39,210 bases of DNA from a virus (lineage: Duplodnaviria > Caudoviricetes): IMG/VR virus record IMGVR_UViG_3300032237_000117, positions 1 through 39,210 of that record. The stretch is one strand, 5' to 3'. Positions 34,858 to 39,210 of the stretch are shown piece by piece. The notes under the pieces were generated by a model. That model had not been told where the DNA came from. It did not search any database and saw only the letters and a list, made by a program, of their open reading frames with translations. A program made the position numbers and the translations under genes. How positions within the stretch are numbered: the stretch's first letter is position 1; each line of letters begins with the position of its first letter.

Positions 34858-35184
34858 TTTTGGGTCTGCCTCATTCTGATCTGTTTCAGACAGGCTTGGG
34901 AACAAAGATTTTTGCGCTTCTTGAGTCTCTGAAACAAGGAAGTCGTAGTCTTTCATCTCAAGTTCGTCAAGGCTATCAATCTTGATTGACGGAATAAGTA
35001 GATCAAACGACCACTCTTCAATCAACATAGCCAATAACGCGTCACCCAATGCGAGCGCTTTTGATAGATCGCCCTCAGCCTTATCTGCTGCGCGCATTAC
35101 GTTCTTGCGATCCTTGACGCGTAGTTGCGCTGGATCTTTTAATGTAACAGTTGCGCCTGACGGCAGTTTAAGTGTTCTTTTCAT
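34831..35184 (-). CDS. Tail assembly chaperone (gpG-like)
   Basis: Between major tail and tape measure genes; SD AGGAGG. Confidence 0.75.
   Translation of the reverse strand: MKRTLKLPSGATVTLKDPAQLRVKDRKNVMRAADKAEGDLSKALALGDALLAMLIEEWSFDLLIPSIKIDSLDELEMKDYDFLVSETQEAQKSLFPSLSETDQNEADPKAITGDSNA
34858..34864 (-). other. Programmed -1 frameshift slippery site C CCA AAA
   Basis: X XXY YYZ heptamer near the end of the chaperone gene joins it in frame to the downstream ORF. Confidence 0.7.
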
Positions 35185-35221
35185 ACTTGCCTCCTAGTGT
35201 TTGCCTTCGCTTATCCTACAA

Positions 35222-35292
35222 GATAGGGCATTGGGGCGCGAGATTGCGGGAAGGCGTACGCAATCAACCTGACCGCCCCAATGCTTGATCTA
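35222..35292 (-). promoter_or_regulatory. Structured intergenic RNA element (nested stem-loop, possible pseudoknot)
   Basis: GCATTGGGGCG/CGCCCCAATGC outer stem and GATTGCG/CGCAATC inner stem. Confidence 0.55.
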
Positions 35293-36279
35293 TTACTGGT
35301 AAGTACCAGATGCTTTGGCGTTCTTTAGTTCCCACTTAATTGGTGAGTAACCAGAGGTTGCGCCAGCGTCGGTTGTGTTTGCTTGACCATTGATATCAAT
35401 AGTAATCTGAACAAAATCAGCGCTGCGCTCAATAGCGGCTGCTACATAAGCACCCTTTGTAAGAGTTGCTTTAACTCCAACAAGCGCTGCACCTGTTCCA
35501 GAAGTCCAGTTGAATACAAGCGCTGGCTGAGTATTAGTTAGGAAGCGAGTTAGTTCTGTGTTTGCTTCCATAACAAACGTAACCTTGCCTGTTACTTCAA
35601 GTGGTCCAACAAATACGTTGAACGGGTTTTGAGTATTGCTAATGCCGTAGATAGGGGTTACTGGGCGCTTCATATCAATGTTGCCGCTGATAGCGTTGCT
35701 TACAGTAGATCCTGCGACAGATACAGTTCCTGTCCAGACTGGCTGAGGTAGCACAGCGCTGAAAGAAGGAGTAGGTGTAGCGGCTGAGGCTGAAGCCCAA
35801 CCAGTTGCCTTAGTGTCGTACTGAAGCAATCCGTCAGCATTAAACTTGAGTGAGAAATCGCTGATCTGAATACCTGCGTATGCGCGAACATCTGCTGCGT
35901 AGAAATCAGTTAGCGTGAAAGATGTTGGTTGAACATCTGAGCCTGTTGAAGCGCCGTTTTCTACAGAGATTGTGTGAGTGTAAGGCGCTGAAGCACCTAC
36001 TGTAGCCACGTCACCAAGCAAACCAGCGATTGGATAACCAATAGTGTCTGCGAATACAGCGCCACCAAAGTCAAAAGTTGAACGGGTGCGCCCTGGGATG
36101 TAAGCGTAATTGACTACGTTAGATCCGCGAAGCCCTTGATCGTAGAGCGGGTCAATGATATCTACTGGCTTGAGAGTATCAACCATGACGGGAATAAAGT
36201 CAGTAGGTGTTACTGCTGTTCCCTTTGTTGCTTCTTTAGCAATACCTAAGTAACTGCGTACGGATGCTTGAACTGACAT
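35293..36279 (-). CDS. Major tail (tube) protein
   Basis: 328 aa, YLGIAKE.T.GTAV.PT N-terminus; followed by the chaperones. Confidence 0.85.
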   Translation of the reverse strand: MSVQASVRSYLGIAKEATKGTAVTPTDFIPVMVDTLKPVDIIDPLYDQGLRGSNVVNYAYIPGRTRSTFDFGGAVFADTIGYPIAGLLGDVATVGASAPYTHTISVENGASTGSDVQPTSFTLTDFYAADVRAYAGIQISDFSLKFNADGLLQYDTKATGWASASAATPTPSFSAVLPQPVWTGTVSVAGSTVSNAISGNIDMKRPVTPIYGISNTQNPFNVFVGPLEVTGKVTFVMEANTELTRFLTNTQPALVFNWTSGTGAALVGVKATLTKGAYVAAAIERSADFVQITIDINGQANTTDAGATSGYSPIKWELKNAKASGTYQ

Positions 36280-36449
36280 TACTTCACCTCATCTACTGTT
36301 GTGTCTGGCGCGGCAGACTTTGCTGGTGTTGGGATTGACTGTGTTGGTTGAACAAAGTCTTTTGGTGCGTCAAACTCATCGCCTGACTTAACGGTAATTC
36401 CAAGCGTAGGGAACACACGCTCATCTTCACCTGTGTATTTGATCTTCAT
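36279..36449 (-). CDS. 56-aa hypothetical protein (MKIKYTGEDERVFPTLG...)
   Basis: Not in track; SD AGGAG, TAATG coupling to the major tail gene. Confidence 0.6.
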   Translation of the reverse strand: MKIKYTGEDERVFPTLGITVKSGDEFDAPKDFVQPTQSIPTPAKSAAPDTTVDEVK

Positions 36450-36456
36450 ATCTCTC

Positions 36457-36945
36457 CTATGCTTGGATCATTTCGGTTGCGTCAAATTCTATCTCAGCAA
36501 AGATTTCCGTAGCGCCTTCTTTGCTTGTTACAGGCTCGCCGTACCTTGCGCGGATCTGAGGCTCAGCGCCCTGCCACACTAAAGTGCCTGTTGAGTCACC
36601 GAAGTTATGGTCTGAACGTAGTCTTGTTTTGATTGCGTCCACCAGTGTATCAAAATCAGTCATACAATCTTCAGCGTTTCTTTGTAGTGAGTGCTGGTAT
36701 ATCTGAACAATGATTGTGTAATCAACGCGTTTCCAGCCGTTGGTTGCGCCGCCAATAGCAATACGACTTTCTGTCTCTGAGGCGATAAAGATTACGGCGG
36801 CAGCGCGAGACATCTGACCCGCTGTTGCCCCTACTTGAAAATCAATACGCTTTGGGAACGAAGTAAATACTTGATTGAGATTTGTAATTGCGGGAGTAGA
36901 TAAGAACGAATACAGCGTAGCCCGTACGCCAGTACGCCCTGCCAT
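36457..36945 (-). CDS. Tail terminator / head-tail joining protein
   Basis: Position and size; acidic beta C-terminus. Confidence 0.6.
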   Translation of the reverse strand: MAGRTGVRATLYSFLSTPAITNLNQVFTSFPKRIDFQVGATAGQMSRAAAVIFIASETESRIAIGGATNGWKRVDYTIIVQIYQHSLQRNAEDCMTDFDTLVDAIKTRLRSDHNFGDSTGTLVWQGAEPQIRARYGEPVTSKEGATEIFAEIEFDATEMIQA

Positions 36946-37832
36946 TATCTGATCCTGCGGTACGCGTTAATCATGTCTAGCGCGGTTGCGAGATCCGAAC
37001 TGTAACGCTGGGCGTTCCCAGGGTTTGCTGTTGCTTGAGTCGTAATGTTCATCGTCATTGAACTATCTCCACGCAGCCTGATAAAAGCCGTTGTAGCCAC
37101 AATACAAGCCTGTTTGATAGCGCTAGGCAGATTGCTCACATTGACCCCTGAAGTATGGCTATAAGCCAACGCTGAGGTTATAGGAATGGTTGTAGATCCG
37201 TATGAGTAACTAGATGAAACTGTTACTACTTCGCTGCTTGCCCCGTCGTAGATACGATATGAGTCTCCTGGAGTAAAACCTGAGTAATCCTTGACCGTGA
37301 AACTTGACGCGCCTGCTGTTGCGCTCACAATGCTTGTGTTTGAATATCCAGCCGCGTACTGATACTTGGTGAACACTTGAACTCTTGGTCCATTTGGAGT
37401 TCCAAAGGCTAATGGTCCAGCGCTTGAGTATGTTGTAGCCATATCTGATAGCGGAATGATGATCTGTTGATCCTCAAACCAAGCCTTGGAGCAATCGGTC
37501 AAAGCAGTCAAGTTGTTTGGGGTAGTTCCGTACTGAAAACTTGTGAGCGAGATGATTGGATTGTGGTTTGGGTGCAAGGCTATGTAGCCATTACCGCCAA
37601 TACGCACTCTCTGAGTCTCAATGCGCTGTTGAGCGTTCAAATCTTGGTTCAGATACTCGTTCATAAACGATGTAGCGCGCAATATGACGTTAGCCAATTC
37701 AGCGTCTTGGGCTGCTGCGTTGCCGCCAATGACTAGGTTGTTGATATCAATAGATGTTGGCGCGTTCTTGTACTCAGCAACGCTGATATAAGGTTGCTCA
37801 AATAAAGAATTGTTATTGACGCCGACAGCCAT
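36945..37832 (-). CDS. Head-tail adaptor with inserted beta domain
   Basis: YISVAEYK N-terminus, LPSAIKQAC and MINAYRR C-terminus typical of gp6/gp15-like adaptors. Confidence 0.7.
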   Translation of the reverse strand: MAVGVNNNSLFEQPYISVAEYKNAPTSIDINNLVIGGNAAAQDAELANVILRATSFMNEYLNQDLNAQQRIETQRVRIGGNGYIALHPNHNPIISLTSFQYGTTPNNLTALTDCSKAWFEDQQIIIPLSDMATTYSSAGPLAFGTPNGPRVQVFTKYQYAAGYSNTSIVSATAGASSFTVKDYSGFTPGDSYRIYDGASSEVVTVSSSYSYGSTTIPITSALAYSHTSGVNVSNLPSAIKQACIVATTAFIRLRGDSSMTMNITTQATANPGNAQRYSSDLATALDMINAYRRIR

Positions 37833-37834
37833 GG

Positions 37835-38110
37835 TTATTCTCCGTCTCGCTCAGGCGTTCCGTTGGTGTGACCGCATCTTGAACACTTGCGGAACCAAGA
37901 TCCAAAGCCACATTCTACGCAAGTAAAGCCTCTTGTGGCGTCGCCTTGAGTATAAGGGCTAAGTGTTGCTTCAAAAAATCCTTCTGACTTCATTGCGCGC
38001 GCTGCACTAGCACTTTCTACGTTATAGATCCCGCCTTTGTCTGGTCTATACGATACGCCGCCCACGTCAGTTATCTTCACGCCTTTGTCTGGTGCTACCA
38101 ATCTTGCCAT
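37835..38110 (-). CDS. Zn-ribbon hypothetical protein
   Basis: CVECG...CSRCG; SD GAAGGAG. Confidence 0.65.
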   Translation of the reverse strand: MARLVAPDKGVKITDVGGVSYRPDKGGIYNVESASAARAMKSEGFFEATLSPYTQGDATRGFTCVECGFGSWFRKCSRCGHTNGTPERDGE

Positions 38111-38132
38111 GTGCCTCTCCTTCTACCTAAGA

Positions 38133-38167
38133 GTGAGGGAGTGCGCCCCGAAAGACGCACCCCCCAC
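38133..38167 (-). terminator. Hairpin (terminator/stabiliser) after the capsid gene
   Basis: GC-rich stem with TTCG loop just after the capsid stop. Confidence 0.6.
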
Positions 38168-38187
38168 TGCCTTACTTATTCAGTTAA

Positions 38188-39210
38188 TTACGCTGAGACA
38201 ATTCCTGAAACTGCGCCGTTCCATGCTGGAGCAGTACAGAAGAAAGTGCCACGGAAGTATGTGCTGAATTCATAAGCGAACTGAGTTACTGGCCATTGAA
38301 TACCCATGTAATCCTGAACCATGAAGTTAGCCCAAACATCGCTGACCTCAGTATCTGGAATTGGAAGGGTGAACGATAGAACAGGAGCAACACCAGAGTT
38401 CAACCAAGGATGAACTTGAATATCTACTGACTTGCCTGTTACTTCGTTCTGAAGTCCAGTCACGATAGAACCGTATGTAGTTCCTGAAGTTCCTGGGTTA
38501 TCAATAGTCAGACGATAGTTGGCTGTTGAACCTGACTTGATCGCGTCTGAAAGTTGCTTGCGATCATTGCCGTTCATTAGAACCATATCTGGATCAGCCT
38601 TTACGTTCTGGTACAAGTTAGCAAAGACAGTCTGGAATTCTGCACCTGGGTTAGAAGTTGAGAATGTGCTGTTGATTGCGTTGTTGAAGCCAGAGTTAGC
38701 GCCAAGTACGGTAGGCAAGATGCCGTCGTAACCTGTTGCGTATGCTGAAGTGTCTGATGAAGCACGTGACGCTGCTGCACCTGATGTGGTGAGTGCTGCG
38801 TTGTTGCCTGTTAGACCCTGTGTTCCAGCGCCCTGAATTGTGAAAGTACCAGTTCCCTTAAGAGTTCCCTGATACTTGAGATTTGCTGCGCCTGTTGTTG
38901 TTCCAACATAGATGTTGTAACCAAGTGCGCCTGCTACTGGTGTTGAAACTGTGATCGTTAAGACATCGCCTGAAGCAGTTGTCTCTGATGTTTCAGTTCC
39001 AAGAACTGACTCACCAAATCCGTTTGCAGAAATACCGGCATCAGCAGTTACGTTGATGTAGTAAGTAGTTGCTGCAATCGCAGTTTGACCTGTCGCTGCG
39101 GCTGGTGAAGCCTTTGTGAAAGTTGGCGCTGATAGTGCGCCAGAGTAACCTGAAGCAGTACCGCGAGCCATCAACATCATACGTTCTTCCATAAGCATTG
39201 TTGCGTATAG
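38188..39210 (-). CDS. Major capsid protein, C-terminal part
   Basis: EERMMLMARG...YDGIL...ADPDMVLMN...VHPWL HK97-like elements; in frame with 1..768. Confidence 0.85.
   Translation of the reverse strand, partial: LYATMLMEERMMLMARGTASGYSGALSAPTFTKASPAAATGQTAIAATTYYINVTADAGISANGFGESVLGTETSETTASGDVLTITVSTPVAGALGYNIYVGTTTGAANLKYQGTLKGTGTFTIQGAGTQGLTGNNAALTTSGAAASRASSDTSAYATGYDGILPTVLGANSGFNNAINSTFSTSNPGAEFQTVFANLYQNVKADPDMVLMNGNDRKQLSDAIKSGSTANYRLTIDNPGTSGTTYGSIVTGLQNEVTGKSVDIQVHPWLNSGVAPVLSFTLPIPDTEVSDVWANFMVQDYMGIQWPVTQFAYEFSTYFRGTFFCTAPAWNGAVSGIVSA
39088..39210. repeat. 123-bp direct terminal repeat (copy 2)
   Basis: Identical to 1..123. Confidence 0.95.

Noticed and set aside
38133-38167. 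tRNA or other ncRNA gene
   Set aside because: Single hairpin, no cloverleaf; no tRNA recognised anywhere in the window

Overview
The window is essentially a complete, circularly assembled ~39.1 kb siphovirus-type phage genome: bases 1-123 repeat at 39088-39210, and the major capsid gene runs across that junction. A WhiB gene and an actinobacterial-type SSB point to an Actinobacteria host, and the moderate GC content suggests a low-GC (possibly freshwater) lineage. Almost all genes are on the minus strand: head, packaging, tail, lysis, recombination/replication and small early genes. I recognised no integrase, DNA polymerase, helicase, DNA methyltransferase or dUMP hydroxymethylase. The most notable locus is a four-gene cassette directly upstream of the terminase: ParB-domain protein, TET/JBP 2OG-Fe(II) dioxygenase, aGPT-PPlase2-type amino acid:DNA transferase and P-loop (5hmU-type) kinase. 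It predicts a fully post-replicative base-hypermodification pathway. It coincides with a roughly 5-fold genome-wide excess of the hexamer AGATCC/GGATCT (about 90 by hand count vs about 19 expected), a candidate target or recognition site. Other oddities are a MuF-metallopeptidase fusion, a multi-domain prohead-protease polyprotein, an Ig/FN3-like insertion in the capsid protein, a duplicated promoter cassette with phased A-tracts, a transglycosylase whose signal peptide has no canonical start codon, and a structured RNA upstream of the tail chaperone. All family assignments come from motif recognition by eye, and all counts are manual.
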